A DNA stretch of 64,000 bases from Octopus sinensis (taxonomy: Eukaryota). The position numbers and the translations under genes are program-made. A model generated the notes under the pieces. It did no database searches. It was not told where the DNA came from and saw only the letters and a list, made by a program, of their open reading frames with translations. The stretch is from positions 620,001-684,000 of the forward strand of contig NC_042997.1 of the NCBI RefSeq assembly GCF_006345805.1, given 5' to 3'. Of the stretch, positions 40,274 to 51,846 are shown one piece after another. Within the stretch, counting starts at the first letter, position 1; every line of letters starts with the position of its first letter.

Positions 40274-40309
40274 CTTTAACGTTTCGAGCCTACTGTCTTC
40301 TACAGAAAG
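40274..40309 (-). ncRNA. Minimal type I hammerhead-like motif (degenerate) in a short non-autonomous repeat (~40190-40560)
   Basis: Minus strand CUUU-CUGUAGA-AGACAGUAGGCUC-GAAACGU-U-AAAG: 4-bp stem I and palindromic ACGU stem III; core and stem II carry substitutions. Confidence 0.45.
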
Positions 40310-40739
40310 GAACACAGAAAGAAAAAAAGGAGAGAAAATAAAGGTGTAGTGGCTAGCGATCTATCATGGGTTTGACGTGTGCGTGTGTGCATGTGTAGGT
40401 GTGTGGATGAGTGGCTGGGAAGTGGTCAGTGCTAGTGTGTGCGTGGTGGTGTGATGTCATGTGATGTGGTGTTCTGTGGTATTGTAGCACCGGTTCCCGT
40501 CTTTTAGACTTTTTAACTTATGGTAAAATAAGATAAACAGTTAAACTGGAGAAACAAAAATAGGTGAGTGGAATGTTTTGCTTTTCTCCAATTTAATTGT
40601 TTTTCTTATTTCACTTTAAGTTGAAAAATGTATTTCATAAAATTGTTTCAGCCTTTTCTACCTTGTCTTATTTTCCTTATATATATATATCAACTTGTGT
40701 GTCTACCTTCTACACATACACACACATACACGCACACAC

Positions 40740-40820
<81 letters not shown>

Positions 40821-40934
40821 AGTTGTGAAGAAATAAACGACGGATTTTACAAGTAAGAATATCTGAAGTGAGATAGAATTTTAAAACGTGATTTGAAATA
40901 GTGGTATAATCTTTATTATTGGAAAACAAGGATT

Positions 40935-41025
40935 TCTTAGGAAGAATAAGTCCTCGGGTCGATTTGTTCGATTAAAGGCGGATTTCCAGCATGTCCGCAG
41001 TTACATGACTGAAACAAATAAAGAA
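40935..41025 (+). mobile_element. SINE family B 3' fragment
   Basis: GAATAAGTCCTCGGGTCGATTTGTTCGATTAAAGGCGG..CCAGCATG..GACTGAAACAA. Confidence 0.75.
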
Positions 41026-41073
41026 ATATATATGCATATCTATATCTTATATTATATATATATATATATTAAA

Positions 41074-41151
<78 letters not shown>

Positions 41152-41178
41152 TATATATATTATATATATTATATCCCT

Positions 41179-41445
41179 TATCAATGGCCAGTATATCAAA
41201 TAATACCTTTAAAGGTTAAATTTATAAATAACTTATATCTCTGAAATTGGGACCAGTACGGTAATAACGAATTTTATAGAAATTTATATCGGCTTGTTTC
41301 GAGACGCATCAATTATATTGGTTATTGACAATTTTGTCTTTTTTTCGGCATATTTGGCATTAACACTTTTCTTTTGCCCTTATTTTATAAGTTATTTATA
41401 AATTTAACCTTTAAAGGTATTTTTTGATATGCTGGCCATTGATAA
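41179..41445. repeat. Repeat unit with ~60-bp inverted termini; body duplicated at 41696-42300
   Basis: 41179-41238 is the reverse complement of 41386-41445 with 2 mismatches; the body CTCTG.AATTGGGACCAGTACGG...GCTGGCCATTGATAA recurs downstream. Confidence 0.85.
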
Positions 41446-41660
41446 AATTTGTTTTCGAAAAGAAAAAAAAATTATCCTACATTAGTGTTCACTTCCGGAT
41501 TCTCTCACTCTGTGAAAGTTTCTAGTTCGAATCACACGTGGCTCGAAATTTGCCGAAGATTTTCTATTTTGGATATATTTGGGGTACTTAGGAATGCTCA
41601 GGACTTAGTGCTTGCTTTTTCTATGGGTATGAGTAAGTATTTCATTCATGTCTTACGTAT

Positions 41661-41727
41661 TTATCGCTGACGAGGAGAAAATTCTTATGAATTAACTCTG
41701 GAATTGGGACCAGTACGGTAATAACGA
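41661..41727 (+). ncRNA. Hammerhead-like motif, degenerate (Penelope-type pLTR)
   Basis: CTGACGA (41667-41673), stem II GGAG/CTCT extended by AATTC-TTAT-GAATT, then GGAA (GAAA in the sister copy at ~41243) and an ACC/GGT-containing stem III. Confidence 0.4.
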
Positions 41728-41850
41728 ATTTTTTAGAAATTTCTATCGGCTTGTTTTCAGACGCATTAATTATAATGGTTATTAACAATTTTGTCTTTTT
41801 TCGGCATATTTGGCATTAGAATTTTTCTCTTGCCCTTATTTTATAAGTTA

Positions 41851-42227
41851 CTAGCAGTATCGCCCGGCGTTGCTCAGGTTTGTAAGGGAAATAACTATAA
41901 AGCATTTTAGAGGAGTTATAGCCCAAAATAGCAAAAAAAATGGAAAAAAATGATGGTAAATTTTTTTTTAGTTAAAAAAGGTGGAGTTGCGTCCCCTAGA
42001 CAGTTTTGTTTCTGATTTGGACCCCATGTCGAATTTATCGATTTTTTTTCAGAACTGGGGGAATTTTCAAATTTTCGCTGCGTTAGTTTTGAATTATGAA
42101 TTGGGCTATGTGTGTGTCAAGTTTCATCAGAATCGGTTGAATTGAAAGCCGTGGTCAGGGTGAGGGTACGAGAAAACAGACACACAGAAACACGCACAGA
42201 CAAACTGCCGTTTATATAGAGAGAGAT
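41851..42227 (+). mobile_element. Helentron-associated (HINE/DINE-1-like) non-autonomous element
   Basis: Absent from the sister copy at the same site (AAGTTA^TTTATA), so it is an insertion at a T-rich site with no obvious TSD. Starts CTAGCAGTATCGCCCGGCGTTGCTCAGG and ends with an ACAG-type microsatellite and TTTATATAGAGAGAGAT. Confidence 0.6.
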
Positions 42228-42311
42228 TTATAATTTAACTTTTAAAGTATTTTTTGATATGCTGGCCATTGATAACATTTTTTTGAAAAAAAAATATCCT
42301 GGGCATATATA

Positions 42312-42360
<49 letters not shown>

Positions 42361-42529
42361 TACAAAGTAAGATAGGGGTTATGATGGTAACCCACTATGG
42401 GATACCAGTTATCCAATATACTTCTGGTGAAGCACCCAAATGCCAAATACATAAATGCTTATAATTGCAATGCAATTAATTCATTTATTTTATCGGACAG
42501 GCGAAGGTAAAATATTTTACCGTAAATTC

Positions 42530-42786
42530 ATAATACAAATAAGAAAATGAAGGAACAAATTCATTTCAATCATCAAATAACATATATTACCATTTCATAT
42601 TATTTATTAACTATATAAATAGGAACAACGAAATCGAACAAAACAAAATACATCAATTTGCAAGATAATAATACCATAAGAATAATACATATAAAATGGT
42701 CCTACAGCTGTTTCAGCCTATAGATAAAAGTATCTCATTCTGCCTATATTAGTCAGATGTATTGAGGTAATATGCAGTTTGAGGTA

Positions 42787-42837
<51 letters not shown>

Positions 42838-42877
42838 AGGCCTCGTCAGAGATTATATATATATACATACATAAGTG

Positions 42878-42909
<32 letters not shown>

Positions 42910-43637
42910 AGTATATATATAAAAATATACATGCACATAAGGTTACAGGCAATTAATTATATATACTGGAATATACATTTACATACATATCCATGGGTAC
43001 ACATTCAATGTTCATTATATTACCAATATTATTATTATTATTATTAATGTGGAGGCGCAATGGCCCAGTGGTTAGGGCAGCGGACTCACGGTCGTAGGAT
43101 CGCAGTTTCGATTCTCAGACCGGGCGTTTTGAGTGTTTATTGAGCGAAAACACCTAAAGCTCCACGAGGCTCCGGCAGGGATGGTGGTGTTCCCTGCTGT
43201 ACTCTTTCACCACAACTTTCTCTCACTCTTACTTCCTGTTTCTGTTGTACCTGTATTCCAAAGGGCAGGCCTTGTCACTCTCTGTGTCACGCTGAATATC
43301 CCCGAGAATTACGTTAAGGGTACACGTGTCTGTGGAGTGCTCAGCGAATTACACGTTAATTTCACGAGCAGGCTGTTCCGTTGATCGGATCAACCGGAAC
43401 CCTCGTCGTCGTAACCGACGGAGTGCTTCCATACATTATTATTAATATTAATATTAGATTATGCGCATTCTGCTATTCACAACACATAGTAAATGAAAAA
43501 TACTAAGAGAATGTAGTATAATATAATATAATATAATATATAGACAGATATTTATGAAAGATGCAAGCACATTAATTCAACAATGTCAGTATATTCATAT
43601 ATCATGCAGTCAAAATCGAAACTTCAGTATTAATCTA

Positions 43638-43705
<68 letters not shown>

Positions 43706-43852
43706 TTGGTAATGTAATGAACATTGTATATGTAACCATGGATATGGATGTATATATATATATTCCAGTATATATAATTAATTGTCTGTAACCTTATGTG
43801 TATGTATATTTTTATATATATACTTACATATATGTATATATATATATACACT

Positions 43853-43918
<66 letters not shown>

Positions 43919-44167
43919 TACCTCATTTTTAACTGCATATTACCTCGATACATCTGACTAATATAGGCAGAATGAGATACCTTTATCTATAGGCGGAAAC
44001 AGCTGTAAGGACCATTTTATGTGTATTATTCCCTTGGATATTGATGTATATTGTTTTGTTCGATTTGGAGGTTCTTATTTATATAGTTAATAAACAATAT
44101 GAAATAGTAATAACTGTAAGTTGGTGATTGAAATGAATTTGTTCCTCCATTTTCTTATTTGTATTAT
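42530..44167. repeat. ~540-bp inverted duplication (42530-43461 minus the SINE, versus 43631-44167), spacer ~170 bp
   Basis: For example CCTACAGCTGTTTCAGCCTATAGATAAAAGTATCTCATTCTGCCTATATTAGTCAGATGTAT versus ATACATCTGACTAATATAGGCAGAATGAGATACCTTTATCTATAGGCGGAAACAGCTGTAAGG. Confidence 0.9.
43049..43434 (+). mobile_element. tRNA-derived SINE family C, full length, with 12-bp TSD
   Basis: A box TGGCCCAGTGG and B-box-like AGTTTCGATTCTC; TSD ATTATTATTAAT at 43037-43048 and 43435-43446. Confidence 0.9.
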
Positions 44168-45129
44168 ATATATATATTCATATAGGTTCATATATTATAA
44201 ATGTATTATATCGTATATTATAAAATTCTATTTTGTCACTCGACAAAATATTCAACGACATATTCAAATACCCCTTCATATCAGATTTTCGTAACAAAAG
44301 CTGCAGAGCACGTTGAATTATGTACTACTACTTATAATGTCAGAGATCAACACTGTTTGTTCACGGATTAAATATCATTTTAATAGGTCTATGTTATTCG
44401 GCCCTAAGTCAAAGTTTGATAAACCGGATTTATTATATAACATAAAGTTATGAGAATGTACAAAATGTAAAAACCTATACCTAGTCGTTTGTAGAACCGA
44501 GTTTCTTATTCTGGAAAGGAAGTAATAATATAAACTTGGTATTTCTTAGGCCCTTGTGAATCATTTATCAATGAACCATTATTTTTACATGAATTTGTAC
44601 GCGTCGATTTGGTGTGGTTGTTTTCATTGTTCTTTATTCCAGGTCATCCGCCGTCTTGGAGACTAATTCGAAGAGTTATTCCAACGAACAGGTCCCTTTG
44701 CATTCACAGAACAATCTACCAATACTTCTATTATCCAATGTGAATTCAGTGTGAATTGTTTGCTATGTCTAGTAGTAACATAGCAGGAGATAATACAGAA
44801 ATATTTTACCACTAATTTAAGTGCGTTGGATAATTGTACATGCGCATAGATATACTGGAAACAATTGCAACCGTTACATTTTTCAGTATTGATATACAGT
44901 AGAATTTACAGTGACTTGAATTAGTGGGAAAATATTTCTGTATCTTTCTCAGAAATCATCGTGAAAAATTATCACCTCACACGACAAACTATCACTTTTG
45001 TTGACGTAATTTACTTCCAATGCATCAATATTTATTTACTTATTGCTAACGCATATTTTTACTTGTTAGTGCCATGTAAAGGGAATTGTTTTACAATATC
45101 CATACGCACATATATGTGTGAATTGAAAC

Positions 45130-45457
45130 ATGATATATATAAACATATATATATATATATATGTATATATATGTATATATACATTATTGTATATACATAT
45201 ATGCAGATATGTACATAAATACATACCTACATGCATACATAGATACATACATACATACCTACATACTTACATATATATAAATTAGTATACATGTATATAC
45301 ATTTATTTATATATATATGTACATGTAAAAATATACGTACATACATATGCACATAGATACACACAGAGGTATATGTGTGCGAAAGTGCATGTGTATATTT
45401 GTGCATATCTGTGACTGTATACACAAACAATATTAAACCACATACATACATACGTAC

Positions 45458-45548
<91 letters not shown>

Positions 45549-45853
45549 TATATATGATAACAAATTAATAAATAAATCATATATATATATATATACATAA
45601 TGCATATGTATCTATGTATGAAATCCTGGTAGTGTATTATACACTTATATGTATTTATTAGATATTAATATATATGTGACTTTGTGCGAGTGTGTGTCTA
45701 TATGTATGCGTGTGTATCATGACAAAATATAACTACGAATAGACACACTCCATAACATAAACGAAATAGACACACACATGCAGGCATATGTACGTATCAT
45801 TATACATACATACATTCATACACACACATATATGTATATATATATTATATATT

Positions 45854-45885
<32 letters not shown>

Positions 45886-45943
45886 CGTATGTATATATAT
45901 ATACATGTATGTATATATATATGTGTGTATATATATATGTGTT

Positions 45944-45981
<38 letters not shown>

Positions 45982-46247
45982 TTATATATATATATACATA
46001 AACACCGAGATATAAATATAAATACACTCATATGCGTGAGTTAGGAAGTGTGTAGTGGTATACCCAGTGCATCGTTTTCCAAATTGAAACAACCACCATA
46101 AATTATGATGTAGGATGGGAGTTACTTGATGATATATTTCCTATACATCTTTTGCCTACATTTTTATGGTGTGTTTCGTAAATTAATATGACAGCCACAA
46201 TACCGTATACATACATACATACATACATACATACATACATACATACA

Positions 46248-46281
<34 letters not shown>

Positions 46282-46288
46282 CATATAT

Positions 46289-46346
<58 letters not shown>

Positions 46347-46374
46347 GTGTACATATATTTATTTATCTATAAAG

Positions 46375-46444
<70 letters not shown>

Positions 46445-46910
46445 GCATATCCATCAAGTATTCGTTTTTCTGTATTACATATATCTCATTGGGAATTTGA
46501 GAAACTCACCTTCTGAAGTTAAAGCAAAATTTCCATTCTAAGGAATATAATATATCATTTCTGTTAATATTTTTATATATGTAGACCTTCGGTGAGTGTG
46601 TTTGTGTTAGCGTGCGTGTGTATATGTGTCTACGTGTATATATATCTGTGTGTACACATGAATATATATATATGAATACATGTATACACTGGCCGTTGTC
46701 CAATGACTGAAGCAAATATAAGACTAAAAGCTTGAAAGAACACTCTTTGTACGTATACAAAGAGATACCTGATTATGCATATGTATTCTTATTTTATATC
46801 CTTATTTGCACATCCACACCCACCCACACACATATATAATAAATATATATTTATTATATAAATTTATATGATGTAAGTACACCTATACAAATGCATGTAT
46901 ACTTATATCG

Positions 46911-46986
<76 letters not shown>

Positions 46987-47002
46987 CTCTATCTATCTAT
47001 CT

Positions 47003-47075
<73 letters not shown>
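45130..47075. repeat. Extended (TA)n/(TACA)n/(TATC)n low-complexity complex
   Basis: Directly visible; the source of many YI-repeat ORFs. Confidence 0.9.
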
Positions 47076-47079
<4 letters not shown>

Positions 47080-47171
47080 TAATCCAAACAAGAAAGCACA
47101 AACAAACACAACAACGCGAGGACGTGGAACAAATATAATATTATTGGACGCTCAGGGAAGAAGGAAAGAAG

Positions 47172-47206
47172 GTTTAGCGTTTCGAGCGGAGCTCTTCGTT
47201 GGAAAC
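47172..47206 (-). ncRNA. Minimal type I hammerhead-like motif (degenerate) in a short repeat (~47085-47270)
   Basis: Minus strand GUUU-CCAACGA-A-GAGC-UCC-GCUC-GAAACGC-U-AAAC: stems I and II are intact, core CUGA is mutated to CCAA. Confidence 0.5.
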
Positions 47207-47329
47207 ACAGGAGAAGGAAAGATCCAGAGAAGGGAAGACAGAGGAAAAAAAATCGGCAACGGTACCATATATATGTGTATATTTATGTGAATATATATAC
47301 ATATATTGGACAAGTTTCACAGTAATTTG

Positions 47330-48330
47330 TTGAGACAAAACCAGTCGATAGGGTCTGTTATAATTTCCCCAAAATCTGCTTTGTAAAAAGTTGAAGTTGT
47401 TGAACAAGTGCACTATAGAGTGACTGGATGGCTTTCATATGCTGGAAACTAAATTTGCAGAGTTCCATGTCATAGTTAGAGTGAAGAGCTTCTGACGAAA
47501 AGGCTATGGATGGAGCTGGAGTGGTTTGTTAATATCAGGTCAAGGATAGTCTTGTCTTGTCTTGTTTCCTGAAGCACAAGTTGGGTTAGGAAAATTCATC
47601 ATTAAATGAAATAGCAATTTTACTGATGGCATATCTGGTGTAGTACTGTAACTTAGCTTCTTGGTATTTATAGGCCAGTTCAAATAAGGAGGGCTAAAAT
47701 CATCAGTATGTTGTCGGATTTTTACTTTTGAAGAAAAGATTTGATTTTGTACTGGCACACTTCAAAGCACTGAAGAGGTGCTTCAGGAAGCCAATAGAGA
47801 CAGGCAATGGGCATATCATTTACTTTGTTGAATAACGATAGAGATTCCCAATAGTCATTGGAAAATATCTCCTTGTCATCCATGGCAAAGGAATCATGGG
47901 GAAAAATGGCTGCTCCTCCTTCATTTCAGCCAATGCGATCTTCACGGATGATATCGATTCTTGTTGTTTTCACCTCGGGATCCATGCAACATTTCCTTAG
48001 GTGGAATTCCACTAGGATGACGAAAGCGATGCAAGACAATCCTCTATGTGTGGACTCTTTCATTTGGGGGCATTTAGTGCTGGGTTGATGACACGTACAT
48101 TTAGCAGGAATTTTGAAACGAAGGTTTGTTGTTTTATGCTCTAAGCGCCTTGATTTATATGTTTTGTTGTTTAGTAGCAACACTGAGGATAGTTTTTGTA
48201 GAAAGTTGTATGTGAGGAATGATGTTCTAGTTCTTGGTGGATGAGTTTTCCTATACCTTTTGGAGGATCTTTCTTGTTTGACTACCACTTTTTAACTTCT
48301 ACAATTTTTGCTCCAACTCATTTAATAGTT
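47330..48330 (-). mobile_element. CR1/Jockey-group LINE 5' fragment with APE endonuclease, degenerate
   Basis: EFHL..DIIREDRIG*NEGGAAIF..IACLYWLPEAP..TDDFSPPYLNW..ETRQDKTILDLILTN fits the APE ETHL, DR..GGGVA, YRPP, GDFN and TR...LDL motifs. Confidence 0.75.
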
Positions 48331-48572
48331 GACTTATTGGCGTAGATTTGTAAAGTAACCATCGACATGAAAATCATTTTCGAGAAAAATCAATAAATAA
48401 AGAGTTAATGGCTTTTAAAGTTTGCAAATTCTGGGTAATTTTAGCCAAGTGAAAGCGATATGCATATATGTGCCTGTTTCCATAGTAACACGCCAAACTG
48501 TTACCAAGCTGCTGAGCACGTGTTTTATTTGTCGCTTATTAAATGCTGAAAATAAATATGGTATGATATGGG

Positions 48573-49517
48573 CGGCGGAGGTAAAGGACATGGACCGCAT
48601 CCTCTTTCAGTTTTTTTTGTTGTTGTTTTCTACAGAAACCCACCTTTTTGACTGCAGAGATTCCGAATCTGCAAAAAAAAAAAATCTGCATTTCAAAATT
48701 TTAAATTCCCCCTACCCACCACAAATTTTTCATTTATTATAGAAATTTTGTGGGCGAAATACGTAGAAAAATACGGAGATTAAAATTCTGAAAAAGAAAT
48801 TTGTAAAATTTCAATTTTTAAAAATAAATAAATAAATAAACTTCCCCTGCACTCTGCCAGCGCATCTGTGACAGAAAGTGGACATGTTTAATTCTTTTGG
48901 AATTAAGAGAGGTATATAAAAATTAGCTTTTTGCACACATACATAACATCAAAAGGACATTTAAATTTTTATTTTCATTTTGATAATTCGTATTTAGAAA
49001 GTGGATCTTCGGTTTGGCTGTTGTTTCTACCTTGTCAGACTTTCCGGTTTGGAGCTTACTTAAAAATTGAAGATTTTGAAAACCCCCAAAACACGTTTTC
49101 AAAATTTTAATGATCCCCCTCTCCACCCCTCTGGTAAAGAAAAAAGTTGTGGGGAAAAGTAAAATTTCGAAAATGTGATTTGTCGTTTAGCTGCTGTTTC
49201 TAGCATGTCGACTGTTCTCTTTACTAGTAGGAGGAAGTGATTATTATTTATTTAAAAAAAAAAAAACTGAAATTTTACAGAAGTTTTTTGTTTTTTTTTC
49301 AGAATCATAATCTCCATATTTTTCTACGTATTTCGCCCAAAATGTTTCTAAAAATGTGAAAAATTGGGGGTGAGATTAAAAGTTTGAAATTCTGATTTTT
49401 TTTTTTTTTTGCAGATTCGGAATCTCCGCATTCGAAAAGCTGGGTTTCTGTAGAGAAAAAAAGCAAAAACAAAAAACAATCGAAATGGGGTGCGGTCGAT
49501 ATCGTTTACCTCCACCG
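48573..49517. mobile_element. Fold-back/MITE-like non-autonomous DNA element with ~280-bp imperfect inverted arms
   Basis: 48573-48849 versus 49228-49517, e.g. GGAGATTCCGAATCTGCAAAAA and GGGCGAAATACGTAGAAAAATA mirrored. Outer termini were not identified. Confidence 0.7.
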
Positions 49518-50049
49518 AGATGTGCTAACAATACCAGCTAAGCAAGCATGATATCCCGCATGAATTTTTTTTTTTTTTGTCGCGGTGCATAATCGTATGC
49601 ATTTCAGTATGTAGAATGTAAATTCGCAAAAAATTTTCTGTAGATTCCAAAAAGTAAAAAAGTTACGAGAGGGCGTGTAAACCAGAATTCCGTCATATTT
49701 CATTTATTTACAATTGACAACACATGCTGTCACGTACAAAATGACACCTTCAAAATTCTGGTTTCTGAGTGAGTAAAAATGATTAAACTTTAAACCTCTT
49801 AAACTTTTCTTAAAATTCCTTTCTGGAAAAAGTGAATTATCTCCTGAGATTCAGCATGAGAAATTACATCAATACACCAAACATAAAAAATTTCACTAAA
49901 CTTCCCATAGTAACAGCCAAATAGAAAAGATCCGTTTTGAATATGAAAAGTCGGCTTCCATATTTTGCTGGTAATAAATCCAAATTTACACATACCTTGA
50001 GAAGGATATCGGCTTGATTTTACGTTTTGTGGAGGAGCAGTGGCTTTTC

Positions 50050-50078
50050 CTACTACTACTACTACTACTACTACTGCT

Positions 50079-50112
<34 letters not shown>

Positions 50113-50122
50113 TAGTAGTAGT
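50050..50122. repeat. (CTA)n(GCA)n(GTA)n compound repeat
   Basis: Directly visible. Confidence 0.9.
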
Positions 50123-51711
50123 ATACTGTTTCTGTTGAAGCGAATTCCGACCTATAGTAATTGTAGTAGTCTGTTATAGTCAGCTTCGACTTAATGCGGT
50201 ATGAGGTCAGGTGGTGAAGCCAAATAAGGTGCTGTTAATTGCTGACTAAAGGGTTGTTGAGGTGACCACTGACCTGTAACTATTTGGTCAGATGGTGCTC
50301 TACATCCATTGACAAGTAAAGCTGTTAGTTTATCTATGTGCGTGTACACGATGAAAAATGATCTTGTGATTTCTTTGATTTTATTCTCAAATTATTTAAT
50401 TGCTATGTAAACAAAATGTGAAACTAATTTTTCAGCAGTTTTACTGTAAATACAGGTTGTTTTACCGTCGGCATGATAATTTTATCAAACGTTTATTAGA
50501 GTACTAATTTCATTTCTACCCAGTTGCGTTCCAAAATATTATTGGCTATCTTCAGTAGATAGAGGCGTTTTATACGCTAGACATTAGTTATTGATGAGTT
50601 AGGTAATTTAAGTTACTGAATAATCGAATATATATGTCGTTCATACATGTACGTCGTTTTAAATGTGCATGAATATATCTGGGTGAGTGTGTGCGTGTAT
50701 ATGATTCTGTGAGTAGAACATATTTAATACGAATCAGAAGAAATTTACAGCGCACTAATGAGTCTGTGACGATAGAACAGAATAATTCTCAACAAAATTG
50801 CACCAGTCATAGAGTTTTAAAACTAATCTTGAGATTTTTTCAGGCGCTGCTAATTTATATTTGTTTCTCTGTACGGTATATAAACTCATCTAAATGTTAA
50901 CAGAGTCAACTTCAGACGATTACAAAATAGTATATCGCGAAGGTTCTGAGGCTATAAGAACAGGAAATTCAAGCTAGACAGCTATGGATGTATATACATA
51001 CATCCATGTATATAAGTATATATTTTCTAGAGTTACGAATGTTTGCATTGTTTTAAATATTTAGAAAGTGAGTTTGGTTGGATTAGCCACACGACTCAGA
51101 GAATTGTTCAATCTGCGTTCGTTTCTGTGTGTATACAAACTACGTGGAGAGTGAACAAATAAAGATATTTTCAAAGCATTTAATACGCATGTTTCAGTGC
51201 TTGCTTAATATAAATTAGGAAATACATACGATTATGCAAGCTCTTCTTCAGGTAATACATTTCAAAATATGAAGCAACTGGTGGAAATAGTTCTATTTAT
51301 ATGTGTGCACGTTTATGCTGGGGATTGTAAATTTGGCTACTTAAGGAAGAAGATATATGCATAAAAAGGGAAGGGGGGCGGAAGAAATACCTTACATTTC
51401 ACAACTTCATCACTCATGTTATCACATACTTTGTATGCTATGTATAAGCAGTGGAGCTTAACCCGGAACGATGTGTATTAGAAGGAAACCTCTTACCACA
51501 CAACTACGCTCGATTCTCTCTCTCTCCCCCTCTCTCTCTTTCCGACCCACGTGAGTCCAAATAATACTTGAATGTATGCTGAGAGATTGTCTTAGTCCGT
51601 TTGTCTTTCGACAGTTGATTTCTGTAGTTATCAGTGTACTTTGGCGATTTAAATAAGAGGTTTGACTGTTATTTCCGGCAGGTAGACATACTTACTATAT
51701 TCTTTGATTAA

Positions 51712-51764
<53 letters not shown>

Positions 51765-51814
51765 GTGTGTGTGTGTGTGTGTCTGTGTATACACACATAC
51801 ATACATACATGCAT

Positions 51815-51846
<32 letters not shown>

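Noticed and set aside
49996-50170. Possible minus-strand exon ending at a CAAG|GTATGT donor
   Set aside because: The acceptor is weak and the open frame is mostly a trinucleotide repeat.
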